Positions 1-14,110 of a stretch of 64,000 bases of DNA are shown here, in pieces. A program made the translations under genes and the position numbers. The number at the start of each line of letters is the position of its first letter. Within the stretch, counting starts at the first letter, position 1. The stretch covers positions 9,982,001 to 10,046,000 of the forward strand of contig CM102289.1 of NCBI GenBank assembly GCA_046563655.1, written 5' to 3'. The notes beneath the pieces were generated by a model. It worked only from the letters and a program-made list of their open reading frames with translations, did not search any database and was not told the DNA's origin. Origin of the DNA: Yuukianura sp. NJ FZ-2021 (Eukaryota).

Positions 1-3000
1 TTCCGTTTGGTTTTGTGCTTGAGACGTTGATTCCAATTGGAGTATCTCTGGGATCTTTTAATCCGGAGGGTGAAAGCTAAATGGATCTCTAAACTTTAAC
101 TACTCACAACCAAATGAGAAAGTCTGTCTCTACATTGTACCAATATGCAGAGCAAAGGAAGCAAGATAGACATCTTCATGTACTTATGGGGGAGGGGGAG
201 AAAAAAATCCTAAAGATTCAAGATAAGAATTTGAAAAAAAAATTTGAAAGTGAGGAGTGTAAAGGTAATGAAGGTCTATTGGCAAAATTATTCCAACACT
301 CCACTCCTGCTTTCTCCATTTAATTTTTTCAAATATCTTCCTCTGGGGAATGCAATACTTTCTCCCAATGTCTCTAATTTGTTATTCTTCTACAGCTGCT
401 CTCCTCTTTTCTTTTAGTCTTATCTACACTCATTTTTATTAGCTTCATTTCGTTTCTCCCAGACTCACATTCAGAAAATACTAAAAAATACCAATAATCA
501 TATTTTACATAAATACGCAAAGAGAAAGTTTCATCTCAACTCCAACATCTACGATGTTGCGTTTTTTAGAACGAACAAATTGCGATTAAAAAGATTAGAC
601 AAATTGACTTTTTTTTTCTCACAGATACTTTCACAAGTTCTAACTTGGACGATGGAGACTTTTTTTTTAAATCGTTCAAAATACAAATTTTTTTGAATCC
701 GTTTCAGTTTTTTTTCGAATTTTCGAGAACAGAAGTTACCAATTTAGTAGAAAATTTGTGTTTAAAAACTGAGGGAGAGAGTGAAATTGGTTTTCATTTC
801 CTTGATGCCAGGCGAGCTTTTACTTTTTATTATTACGAGCAAAAACGGTAATAAAAATGTTTAATAAAGTTCAGAAAAAAAACATAATTTTTTTAAGAGT
901 TCAAAGCCGTATCTTTTGGAATTGCCTAAATTTTTACCCTCTGTTTTTTTTAGTTAATGCTTGAAATCTAGTGTAATTACAGACTTTTATGGGGAGAATG
1001 AAGTGTCTAAGTAATATTTAATAGAATCCTCTCATTTTCTCCACCATTTCCAATTCTACAAGCATTTTTTTTAGAGTTGAGCGCATGTGTGTTAGGTTGC
1101 GGTGTGAGGGGGGTCATTTGAGGCACAAGACGGCACTTATTCTTCTCTAAATGGATCCCTTGGGCCTCGTAAGTCCCTCTTTTCCCTGAATTTCTTTTTG
1201 AAGGAATGCGGGGGTCAAGCCTACTTTATTATGGAACCTCATTAGAAAAACATTGAAACTGTCACAAAATCCAGGAGATAATAAAAAGAAAGAGGGAGAC
1301 AGTACAAGAGTTATGACTTTGAGTTCTTTTCTATTTACACCAATCGATTACTCTTCCCGCTTCCACAATCCATTCGTCATTTAGCACTGGCACAAGGACA
1401 CATAAATTCTAAACTTAAAAAAAACGAAAATTTCGAAAAAGGAATTTCAAAAATTGGAAAGTGCGTTTCTATTGTTTTAGAAAGAGGGGAGTTGGAATTA
1501 GTAAGTTGAATTGGTTTGAATTGAGTTAAGAGAATTGGATTGGCCTCAGTGGGTGTGAAAGTAGAAGAAAAGAGAGTGAAAATAGCCGTGTCTTTTGACT
1601 AATGGTTCCCACTGAGTCTTTTGGAATTTTTTAATGGAGTTAAAAGAAGTGCTAATTGAGTTATTCAGTGTTAATTAGGAGAGTGGCAGTGAGGAACAAT
1701 GACTTTCTCCAGTGAAATGAACCGCATGCAGCTTTTCAAAAACTAAATCCTGCGGAGGGAAGAGGGGGAACGGTGGTTCATTTCACTTTCACACCCATTA
1801 TTTTTCCTACGACGACATTTAATTCAATTAACTCCAAATTCAAACTTTCCCTACTATGCCCAACCTAAAAAACGCAGAGCTCAATCCAGAATTGTTTCAA
1901 CAAATTACACAATTTTTCAAATTTTTCATTTCCGAGCTCAGAAAAACTTTGCTGAATGTTTTTGGTTTTTGAACAATTTTTTCCTGTTGCGATTGATTGA
2001 AAAGCTGAACAATGTTTGAAAAAAAAATGAACTTTTTTTTTCTTTTGTGTCTGAAGAGTTGAAGAATATGATGCAATGGCTTTTTTCAATAATGGAATCT
2101 AAGCAACGCTTGGGAACAATTTTGAAAGAAAGAGTATACATGAGATACTGTGCATGAAATGTATAAATTGATCTAAAGAAATCACAGCGGGAGGTTGAGG
2201 TTGAGGTTGCACAGAGTCTCACATGCAATTTGTATTTTTTTGAATTTGAAAAAGGAACCTTTTGGTTTTTTATGATTTAAAATTATTGAAGCACACAGTG
2301 GGAGAGGGTGAAATTACAAAAGCTCCACTTTATTATTTATTGATGACAAGGACAGGAGCAGATGGAAAGCAATGAAAAGCGGAAGTGAAACTTTCCATTC
2401 AACTTTCTCCAACATATTTTGTGTGCCAAAGTTCAAAAGAAAGTTTGTGAAAGGAAGGCCAACAAGTAGGGATGAATTGACAAGTTGCATTGTGCCGTCT
2501 GTACTTGTAATGGTCTCCCGTGACATGACCACACCACAATAAAAAACCAATTTCACATCACTTTTCTCCATTTCTGACCATCTTCCAACTTCCTCTTCTT
2601 TTCTTGAGTCTTAAAGTGACTCTTATTCTCACAAATTGCAAATAGAGTTCAGGAAAAGCCAAACTAAACATCCGAAGGTAACACATTAGTTTCCTCTTTA
2701 ACTGATTCTTGCCGAAATGCAATTTGTACTTTATTTCTTTAATGTTCGGATCAAAAAGGAAGTTGGCCACTTCCGCAACTCAAAATGGGAAACTTTGTGC
2801 TCGGTAACTCACATCCGGCAGCCAAAAGTCTTTTCAAAAAAGTTCTAAACGCACAGCATAATCAATAATGTTGATCATAATGCTTTGGGAAGTATAGGTT
2901 AAAGTGAAATTTTGAAAAGTGAAATGATAGAAGTGGATTAGGAAGAATTTGAGTGTTGCTCAAATTCAGTTTGAATTGAAAATTGTGAAGAGATGTACTT

Positions 3001-6000
3001 GGGAAGAGAGGGAGTGAAAGAGCAATTGAATTAAATGTGAGAAACAATGGGTTCATTTAGAAATAGTTGAAATGTGTTGCATTGTCTCCTGGAGACAACT
3101 CCATTGTTCTGATTTCATTCACATGCATTCTGTGTTACCATTTGAAAAGTGAAAGCAAGGTGAAAGTGGTTGTGGCTTTAAACTTCCCTCTTGTGCATTA
3201 ACTTTATTAGGTCTCATTACGTATTCATGGGGGACCAGCAACTACGCTTTCCACTGTGAAACTTCCAGTTTGCAAAAACCAATTTCAAATTGGCAAAAAT
3301 GAGCAGTAAAAGGGCTTTACTTCTTCTTTTTATTTTTTACTTTCTCTTCCAAATCCCTGGAGAATCTGTAATTTTTTATGTTTTTGAGCGGGGGGTGGAG
3401 GGTTGGAAAATATTTGAGGCTGATTTTTCTACTTCTTGAGAAAAAATAAATAAAAGTGGAATATGAAATTTGGTTTCCCCTGCGCACTTATTTTGAGATG
3501 ATCAACTCTTTATGCTTATTGAATTTGGGTTGGATGCAAAAACGGAATGTCTTTGTGGCTTTCCATCCTCTTTTAGTGGCACTCCTAAGTTCATCATTCC
3601 ATTTGGTCAACTGAAGAGGAAGATTTGAATGGGGAAAGAGAAAGTCCTTTTACGCTCTCAATAAAACCAGGAGAGCCCAGAAGACGCTTTCTCCTTCCAA
3701 ATGTAATTTACTACCCTCGCATCTCAATATGGAGCTCAAGTGGACTGTGGACTAAAAGAGAAAGTGCCTGTTGATTACACTCCCTTCACCACCATCATTC
3801 AATTCAACTTCCTCTAAGAACCACAATGGAATGATCTCTATAGTTCATCTTCACACGAACACTCTCATGACATTCCTCTTTCCAATTACAACTACACACA
3901 ATAACCATCTTAGCATTTAGAACTTCAAAGGATCAACATTCTGAGCATTCACACATCTATTTTACACATTTCATTCTGCCAAATTAATCTCCACCTTTAC
4001 AGTCTTGTCATTCACCGCATCACTTCCTAATTTCACAATGGCTGCTCACTTTCCAAATCCAACGCAAGAGAAAGTCGGCTGCTTTTCCCTTGAGAATTCC
4101 TTCAAAAACGAATTCATTTCAGTCTCCAAATTTAATCCTAATTAAAAAAAAAGTTTTTGGGAACTTTTCTGGCTTAAATTTTTGAGTTATTAAAAAGTGA
4201 AAGTTGGGCAGGGAAAAAAGTAGAAAGAGAAAGTCTTTTGAGGGAGTTGATGTGAATTTGTCTGGAGGGAGAAAGGTCCATCAGAGAATAATGAAAACAA
4301 GTAAAAAAAAGTCCTTGTGTCACGTACATATGTATCTCCTCCTTTGTCCACTTTTTAGTCCAAACAAATCAAAACCATCCCTCCAGCCATGGTACCAAAT
4401 CACTCTTGTGTCAATCTTACACAAAAAATGGAGAGGGACGGACAAAAGTTCAAGAGAGCGTTAAGACACGGATTCAAAAAAAGTGAAAGCTAAAAAAATG
4501 AAAAAAGAAAGATGATCCAACTTTGCCTCTCTTTGATAAAAAATAGTGAAAAAAAAGAGAAAAAGAAGATCAAATGCTGTGTGTCTGTCCATCCGCTTCG
4601 TTGCCTGCATAATCACTTACTTTCTCCCTGCTTTCTTTTCGGTTCGTTTCCACTCATTTCTCCCCCTCCAGCAAAATAAGAATTGAGGAGGGGAATTCAA
4701 AATTTAGCCAAAAGAAGGAGATCAGTGACCAACTCAATTTTAGCCCCAAAGTCCAGTGGTCATTGGTAACTCAATCCACCAACTTTCAAATTCAATCTCT
4801 CCATGCGTGACAGGTTGTCAAAGAATTAGTTTTTGAAATCTCGACAAACCTAATTTCACAATTTCTTTTTCAAACACATTCTCTACTGGACAATGGAAAC
4901 TCAACAAATTGAATTGTGTCCGATTAAATTACAGAAAAATCCAGCGGCGTTTTGAAACCAATTTTTTGTAAACTGAAACCAAAAAGTGAAAGTACGTGTG
5001 CTTTGTAGGAATTCCATGTTTTACGCTTTCTTTCTATAAAAAGCGGGCTTTCACTTGTAAAAAGTGGAAATGAAAATGCAGACCACCGCTGAGAATTTCC
5101 TCCCTTCCTCCCTTGTCGCCTTCTTGTATCGATGAAATTGAAAATAAATTCAATTCTTCCAAGAACTTGTAGGGTGGAAACGTAAAAAAGAGAATTGTCA
5201 AGGGAGTTGAGAGTGGTTGGAAATATTGTTGTTGCTGTGTGTTCATAAGTTGGTGCTTAGCGTATTATTGGAAACTCCCTTTGGTCCACAACCTTGTTTG
5301 TGGGAATCCGAAATCGGATCACCCCATCATACACTATTATCCCAAAGTGACGTCGTCACCAACTCACAAAACGAGTAAGGTTTAATACACTTTTTAACAA
5401 AAAGTGATCCCTCTGTATAGGGAGGCTGGTTGGATTTGGTGAAATCCTGAAATCAATATGTTGGATAAAAAACAATATTTGTAAGGATGAGATTGTTGGT
5501 TGCGTGCACACTGAATCTGATTTACTTTTCTCCACGCACTTTCTCTTTCAAAACTCCGAATATTAAAACGAGAGTTGTTGGAGCTTGGCAAATTGGATTT
5601 GGCTTTTGGCCATCCCTTCCTTTATGTCTCTCTTTTAATGTCGCATTTGAGAGTGCAGTTTCTCCTGTCGTTTTAACGCACAACCATTTCTAGTGTTGGA
5701 CTTTAACTGTGCAATTAAGTCCAAGTTGTTGTTTTCCCTTTAAACCCAAAGTCAAATTAATTAATGATGACAAGAAGAGAGTCGTAAAACTGCCTGTAAG
5801 TGGAGGAGGGCAATAAAAGGTGCCGAATTTCACAACGCCCGCCAATTTTAGTAGAAAGTCAAGTGGATTGAGTATTTTTGGCAATAATCTCAAGAGAATC
5901 GCAACTAAATGTTGACCATTTGCAAACTTTTTTCTTACTCCGCTAAAGTTTCAAGTTGCTGAAATGAAAGTTTTGATGATGCGAGTGAAAATTAAAAGTT

Positions 6001-9000
6001 GTGTTGTTTGTGAGTCGGGGCGGTGAAAGTCTTTTATTTCTTTTGTTTTGTGAGTCCCGGGAGACAAATGATTTTTGTTTTTATTGTGTCGTGAATCAGG
6101 GATAAAGAGACATTGGACTATGCATTATTAAGGCACATCACACGTGGATTTAGACAGGAGGGATCTAAATGTACTTATTACATTCACATCTCCATTCTGC
6201 ACACAACACACAGCATTCCAATTGTGGAGGTCACAATGTGACCTCTCTTCATTACTTTCTGGCAGCTTACGGATTTACTCCAACTTTCACTCCACTAAAC
6301 AACTCTTTCAAATGGAAATATCCAAAGACCTTTGTGGAAAAAAATCCAATATCTACAAACACCTTTATTGTGATCCTGTGCAAGATAGACATCCACTTTG
6401 AAATGTGTGAATGGAGATTATTGTGTGATGCTTCAGTTGCTCTTCAGTTAAGCCTTCCATTAATTTCAGTCAACCATCTTTCAACGCAGGAATTAATCGA
6501 CTACGACGAGCTTTGTTCCTCGCTGGATTTGCAAAGTCATAAAATTGCACAGCAGAAATGACAAAAGTCATAGACTTTAGTACAAAAGTCGTAAACAAAG
6601 AAGTATTTCCTGTGCCTCAACGGATATTTCATAATTCATGTTATTTCCTTATTCTTATGTTTTTTTGAAAAGTGAAGTTTGATTTTGTGAGTCAGAGTTT
6701 ATTGCTTGTCCTTTCATAAAGTTGTTTCTGGTGGGGAGTAGACAATGGAGTTGGGATTTGATTGTTGGCGGGGGTGGAGGAGACATGATCAATAATAAAT
6801 TAAGTGTTTGAAGATACTGGACGGGGGATGATGATGATCCATTATGTTGAGTGAGACACTTTCCGTCCTTTGGTCACATGACATTGGACCACTGCCGTCT
6901 TCAATTCATGGACGATGGACGATGGACGATAGACTCTCAGCATCTTCACTTTCAATCAGTCATTTTTGCAACTTGGAAGTCGGAAGAGTCAAGGTCAGTG
7001 ATTGATGACACAACGACTTTCAGGAAATGTGGATTATGTATCATATTTTTTTCTGTCAAAAACGCAATCCACTGCCTTTTTTGTTTTTAGAGAAATCGGA
7101 GAAAGTCGGTGGAGCGATAAGCGTGTCGTTATCGTTCAAGATGAGTTTCAACTGTTTGTGTAATGACAGTAATTTAGAATTTAGAAGTGGAGTTTTAAAA
7201 TATTGAAAAATGGAATTTGTATTGAAATTGAGAAGAGGAAGTGTGTCAGTTGAACAAAAGGAAGTTGAGGATGCGTTGGATTTGTTTTGAGGAGAACAAT
7301 CGGAGATGAGTTTAAAGCGCGGGAAGTGATCCGCCCATGATGCATTTGAAGTAAATGAGAGTCATTAACTGGCAATAAATCCACTTTCTCCATTGTTCCT
7401 CTCAGCGTTTCCTACGAATCTCTCCTAATTCAACCCTTTCATTTCTCATGTCCGGGGGATCCTTGTCCTTTCTTTTGTCAACTTTAAAATCGAGCCACGC
7501 GCCACTCTGCAAGTAGAGGTGAATAGTTTGTTTTGCAAAATGGTGGTGAGGAAGTGCCCTCCCTGCACAATTAGGGGCTCACTCAAAATATATGTAAATG
7601 ATCTCAGGGGACTTAAGGGCCCATTGTACCCCTTCCAGCATCACTGCTCTTCAGTTGTCATCTCCATTGTACTAAATTCATCCAAATGAATTATTACAAC
7701 ATCCCACTATTGATAACTCTAAAATCTTCAAAGTTGCTCAATTTAAAAGTCATACACAAATTGGATTTTTAAAAGATAAATTCTTTGCTTGTAATGGAAG
7801 TTTGAATTCATTTGTACAATGGAATTTTTGGTTGGTTTTTAGAGAAAGCGGGGGTTGAAGGGGGTGAGTTTTGTGTAATTGTGGATTGCTTACCCCTTCA
7901 ATTGGAGTTTCATCAATTTCCAACCTCAGAGACCGGAAGGGTGAGAAAGCGGGTTCTTCGGACTTCCAAGTCCCCCCTGCCTTTTGAAGGGAACAAAAGC
8001 CACCCTGTGTGCTTAATATCCTATCAAAGGGGGAGGTTCCGCAGTTGACAGGACAAAGGAAACCAAAAGCCCCCCAAAACACTAAGGGTCCCCTCTGGTC
8101 CATGACCAAAGTAGTTCACGCTCCCTCTGTCAGATGGCCAAGAGTGTCCCACCAATGTTAAAACGGACAAGAAATCAATGACACGAAAAAAATACAGAAC
8201 AACATAAGATTTTCGAAACTATTGCGATACGATAGGGAAGGTGCGTTGCATCTCGCATTTAGTGGCGGCAAATAACACAAACTTTTGAAAAGTGTCTCAC
8301 TTTCCCACTGTTGCTTTCACTACTACTTCCTGCTCATCTCTTAATGTTGATCTTCCATGTTGATGAAGCATTTATGCTTTGCTGAGCATTATGAGCAATT
8401 GAGTGATTTCAATTGAAACAACAGCAATAATTTTCAGAAATTTATAAAACCATAAACACTTTGAAACTGTTTGGAGTTGAATGTACTGCGGAGGGCAAAG
8501 CTCAGCGCCCTTCGGTAAGCTCCGCTTTTGCATAATTTAGTTTGAGAGGATTTCCTGGTTTTGGCTTTATCTGATTCTGATTAACCTCTTTCTCACCTGT
8601 TTGGACGCACATCAGGAACATCAGACATCAGGAGCATCAGACAGCATATGAATTGCAATGTGGATGATACATCATGGGAACTTCCAGATGTTATGGAAAT
8701 GAAACAATGTTGTAGCATGACATCATCCACAAGTGAAAATGTTGCCACAAGATTAACATCTTGACCAACCCTTCACTGACCAAAATGCTTTGAATTTCAG
8801 TTCCACTTTGGTGTCTTCCTGGAACATTTCCAGTGGCGAAGTAATCAATCTTTTCAAAAACGAATGCAACGGAGGGAAAGGAGTGAAAAGCTACTTTTGG
8901 TTAGGTTTCGTTTTCAAAAAAAGTTGATTTCTTTAGGGAAAACAAAGTCGGTAAAGTAATTTTCAGTTTCACTTTTTTCGCACGACTCTTCTCTCCCTCT

Positions 9001-11917
9001 TTTTTCGGTTTTCAAATTAAAAAAACGGTGGGAAGATGATGGATGACTTCCATTCATCCCTCTTAAAACTCCAACACATTCACTCGCTTTCTCCACTTTT
9101 TTAAAAAAAGTTATTGTGAATGAAGTTATAATCCCAAATGAGCAATGAATTTCATTTGTCTAATCCTAATTAAATTATTACTTTCACCAGTACTTCCGAA
9201 AGGAAAAAATCGAAAAAAAAAAGTTCTTTTTTAACAAAAGTTTTGCTTGTATAAAGTAGTTTTTTCGTGGTAATTTCCTTGTTTTCTCCGCACTTGACTT
9301 TTGTAATTTGGAGTAGTTGGCAGATGTGTATTTTTTATGAATTGAAGTATGATTCATGTGAGCAACTACAATTGAAATCAAAATCCAATGAACCGGAACA
9401 AGTTTTAGTGTTGGATCTAACTATCCCATGTGGTTACACTCAAATTTCCACTTTTTAGACTCAAAATTTGTTCGAGAGGAGTTTGATGATGGATTGTTTA
9501 TTGAGCACTTTGTTATTTTTTAGAAAACCGAATCGGAATTACCGCATCCTCTTATTACAAATGCACGAAATGAAGCCAAACGAAGGGAAATCGCCAATTT
9601 ACTCCAACCGCAACCGCATCTGCTTTCCACTCGATCACTTGATTGATTCCTCAATCATGTTTTTTTACTTAAAATTTATTAGGTTCGTTTTCTAAAAAAA
9701 TATTTTGGAAATTTTAGATAATTGGACCGAATCGTGTCATGTCGAGACTTCCCGTTGCTAAGGCGCATGTTGGACAGTTGACGACATGGATTTGGACTAA
9801 GTGGACCGACCACTGTTTGAACACTGTTCAAAAACTACGCTTTTATTTAACTACACACAATTAGAACAAATCCAGACACAGAAAGAGGTCAAATAGGAGG
9901 CAAATTATTGTTTTTGCTAAATAATCTGGTTTGGCATCATGCCAAAGTCAATGGAGGGCAGAGATCGAACGGCGGCGGGATTCAAAATTCAAAAAGTCCA
10001 AAATCTTCCTAAAGCTTTGACTTTGTCGTGTCCTAGAGATTCACGGCGGGCGGTCTTCCGACAATTTTTGAAAATTGGAAGCGCGGTTCACCGCTGAACA
10101 AAGAATCAACTTGACTTTTTTATTTTACTAATAAATACATTAAGGAATTCTGATTTAACAAAGCCTTTTACAAAAACAGCTCCATTAGTCCATGACCAGC
10201 ACCAACAAAGACGCAAATCTTGAAAAGAGCAAAAGTTTTTGAAAATTGAAGATTCCAATGCCGACGTTTATTGGTTTCCATAAATCCAAAAAGTGACAAG
10301 TGAAAACAGTTTATGACTCACAGCTTGTTTTTCGTTTAACTTTTTTTTCTGGATTAACTTGTTTTGCTAAGTTGGTCATAAATGACCTAATTGGAAACTT
10401 AGCGCTTTTTGAAACAAACTCAACAAAAAAAAGTTGAGCATCGCGGTAGATCAGTTTATAGTTGGACCATAAACGCATAAAATCATCAGCGTTTCTAAAC
10501 AAGATCCACCGATGCTTCGCTCTTCCACGCCCAGTAGCTAAATTTTTGTATTGACAATATTTTACTTTGTTAAGCAGCTTGGTTTCAAAATGCTTCAACG
10601 CTGTTTAGATTTTGAATGTCAAAAAATGAATTGGAAATGAAGTTGTGAAGAGGTTGAGCAGAAGTTCTTGAGTGTTTGATAACTTTTGAATTTGTTGAGC
10701 ATAAGATGATGATTTTGGTGGTGCATGTCTGTTGAATTTCAGAATCCAAATCTTGTTGAACGGAACGCCGCTTACGACCACTCTGGTTTACTCTTTTGCG
10801 CTTCGTCGAACAGCAAGTGACTAATGAGCCCCATTGTACAAAATACTAGAATAGAAATGCTCAAGTGGACCATGGTCACGTGCCAGCACAAGCTCAAATC
10901 TCGTCTTCAAAACATAAAGTGTCTTATAACTACCAAAAACTAAAATTGATTTTTCAACACTCCACACTTCGATTAGTCACAAATTTACAAATGGAACTTT
11001 GAAAAGTACAAAGTTAGGACAAACAAAAATTTTGTCCTAACGCCATGCCACTTTTCAAAACTTTTCCTACATGCATATATTAGGGTTGCTTTTTGATTTT
11101 TCTTCTGTGTAAATTCGTGTGCGTAAGTTTAAAATATTTAAGGAGAGTTGAATTAATGTGGCTCATTAGGAAGTGTGAATGATACAAATCTGTAGAGGAA
11201 ATTAGACTCTTCATCTCCCTAATGTCTGCGTGTTACCACTCAACCTCCCCACTCCAATTGAACAAAACCTTGTTTCCAAAGTTAAGTCACAGTTTGTCAT
11301 TAATCAAACTCAAACTAACTTCCGCCTATTGATTTACTTTACACTTACTCTTTTCCAGGAAAAATGTTTGCGTTTTGCCCAACAATTGATTCTCAAACGC
11401 CCTCTCTACTCTCATTTATTATTGGAAAATCTAACCCTAACGAGTCTAATATTTCATGTCAAGTCACGAAAAAATATCGAGGAAAAAACATATTTTATTC
11501 AGAAGTTACTTTTAGAAAAGTGTGGAGTATCAGTTTAAATTACTTTTTGTCCTTACCATACGTCACTCAAAGAAAAATATTTTCCATAAACTAAAAAGAT
11601 TACGTTTACTTCAAGTTCTTACGAACATCTGAGCGCAAGATTTGTTGGTAGTAAAGTTAAGGTTAAACTGAGACTTAATTGTTCAATTAAAAAAAAACTC
11701 ACTCTTTACCTTCACCCAGTTCTCTCCTTAACTCTAAAGGTCAACACTAAAGGTTGAAACTTAAGCAAGGTCATGGGAGAGCGTCATGGAATTATTCGCA
11801 ACTCTTTACATAAAACTACAGGAAGATCATAAAAACACTTTCAGTCCAAAAACAGAAACAGGAATTTGCTTCTTTAAAAAGAGCGTTCCATTTGTTGAAC
11901 TTCTTTTTTTTGTGATA

Positions 11918-12226
11918 ATGAGTTGGCGTGAGATACTTCGTTTGATCTTGGCTGCAGTGTTAGCCGTATCGTCATTGGCGTCTGCTGAAAATTCGACTGT
12001 TCCAAGTAAGATTCTTTAGTCAAGTAGTTTTGAAATTTGAAATTTTAACATTTTAATAAAAAATGAATTCTTTTTGCCAGAACGAAACTGCAGGTTTACA
12101 GGATGCCAAAAACCTATAGAAAATCCATGCCAGAATTCCACCCAAAGCGAATTGGAAAGTTCGTTTTGGTGTGCCCATCCGCATTCCAATGGAACCCTCA
12201 ACTACTTGTGCTGTACATCACAATAG
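11918..12226 (+). CDS. Small secreted cysteine-rich peptide precursor (77 aa; signal peptide, short pro-piece, KR, 46-aa six-Cys mature domain)
   Basis: Exons 11918-12005 and 12081-12226; the 75-nt intron is GTAAGA...TTTTTGCCAG. Spliced product: MSWREILRLILAAVLAVSSLASA-ENSTVP-KR-NCRFTGCQKPIENPCQNSTQSELESSFWCAHPHSNGTLNYLCCTSQ*. Total 234 nt, frame closes. Cys spacing C-x4-C-x7-C-x13-C-x12-CC. Confidence 0.8.
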
Positions 12227-12358
12227 CAAAATTACTTTTTTTTTATTAAGATGTGTTTTAAAAAGCTAACTAAAATCTGAACCTAGGTATAAAAATAAGT
12301 ATTTAAAATATAATTTTAATGTCATCAAACTTTGCAATCGACTTTTAAATAAAATGTA

Positions 12359-14110
12359 TTAGACTATAGGTAGTTTTCCATTTTCTTTGAAAAGTGGCAA
12401 AATTGCGGAATCTTCAAAAAGTAGTTGAACTTCTTTTTGAAGTTGGTCAGTCAAAAACTGAATTTGGACAGTCGACAAACAAGATTCGTCATAGATGATG
12501 CACAGACGCACTTTGTCTGCGTATGTTACACACAACAGTCCAATCCCTTAAGCAAAACAAAAGTAAAAATAAGACCCTTAGCCTACAAGAGACCCTTTAA
12601 GTATCACTCTTTGTTGTTCTAACCTGCAAAAGTGAGTAGCGGCATCCATCCCGCGATGTCGTTGACCTCGTGACCCCACAGTTTCACTTTCTGCGAAGTC
12701 CAAGGGACGTTGTTGTGGATGATTGGCGTCTTGGCAGCACTTAGCCACAACTGGATCATGAATGCAGGGAACTTCCCGAACACTTGAAACACAAAATAGG
12801 CCACGAGCCCTTGAGGGCTCTGCGTCAACTTGCGCATTTCCTTCTGCGTCGACGCAAGGCGACTGAGTCGATTGTCCTCTGCACGCCCCCTGGCGGTGAA
12901 GTTGACAACAGTGAAGCGATTCTTGGGATGAGTGTCGGGGTAAGGCAAAATTGCTCCCACCAACCCAAAAGACAAATCGCTGATGCTGGATTCCGAGCCA
13001 GCATCAACGTTTGTAGGAAATTGTTGTTGCAGCGTTTTAAGCGCTCCGATTGTAGCGGAGGAGAGGATGGCTGGAATGCTGACATTCGTTTTGTCCTTGA
13101 TGGTTCTGATCATGCTCAGATCAATGGATGGAGCCCAAGTGAACTTTTGTTTTCCCGAGTACTTTGCCATTAAAAATGGACTTTTTATGCGGGATGCTTG
13201 GAAGATGGACTTTGCCAAGGTCGAGATTCCGAAGATGACGCAGGAGAGTTTAAACAGAATTTGTTTCCACTGCGCAACTGCAGAGGGTGACAGAGGATTT
13301 AGAACGTAAGGAAACGGTTGATTGGGGTCACTCATGCAAGTCCCAGACATCAGCAAAGTAGAGCAGCCATCCTAAAATAAAAACTTAATTACCATGCTTC
13401 AAAAATTTTAAATTTTTGAAATGTGTTTTTTTTTAGAAAACCATGTAAGCGTGATGCGATCTGTAGATTCTCGCACTTCTGTCAGGAATTCCTGCGGTAC
13501 CGTTAGCCATCTCCTTATCATAGGCAAATCGAGGCACCAGAATTTCCTCCCACTGTGGACGCTCTTCACTCATGTCTTGTGCAAGAGACGACATGAATTT
13601 CAACACTTCAGATTCAGACATAATTCCATCATTCTGGTCTCCATGGATACTGCGAATATGATCTTCAATTTTAAAATTCTTGCACTCTTCCCAGCAGTAG
13701 TAGCCAAACCTCCTCTTAAAAATGTTTCTCAATTTCTGATAAGGTTGTTGTCCATTTGAATCTGTGTAGTTGATCACTTTGTCATGGTAGTTTTCTCTAA
13801 ACACGTCTAGTGACATGCGTGAATTGTAAATGTAGAGAATGATGATGTTTCTGCTGTTTCCGGGTTTGTGAAACCCCCAGAGGGCGTCTGTCCCGTCAGA
13901 AACAAGAGACAGTTTTGGATTGAGGTCACTCCTGGCCTGGAACTTAAAAATGGCAGTGATCAGAAGCCTTGCAATTGTGTTGCTTAGCCAAAGGACCAAG
14001 ATGAAAGGCCCTATGAGGGTACTTAAAGCCAAGGAAGCTGCAAGTTCAAGGACAGTGGACAGAGTGGTGGTCACCATGGAGAAAAGACGCTTGAACTTTG
14101 AGTTGTCCAT
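12359..14110 (-). CDS. Wax ester synthase/diacylglycerol acyltransferase (WS/DGAT)-family O-acyltransferase, ~534 aa
   Basis: Exons (minus) 14110-13442, 13371-12624, 12546-12359, total 1605 nt in frame. Splicing creates the catalytic HHAYM|DG (HHxxxDG) motif. Also RPQWE (RPLWE-like), NNVPW (SNVPGP-like) and a C-terminal GIGLLCVTYADKVRLCIIYD segment typical of the WS/DGAT C-terminal domain, plus an N-terminal hydrophobic segment. The frame stays open ~34 codons upstream of 14110, so an additional 5' exon is possible. Confidence 0.85.

Noticed and set aside
9750..10600. Partial X-box (GTTGCTAAGGCGCA), a 52-aa plus-strand ORF and a 95-aa minus-strand ORF
   Set aside because: No consistent exon chain or recognisable product, and the X-box match is incomplete.
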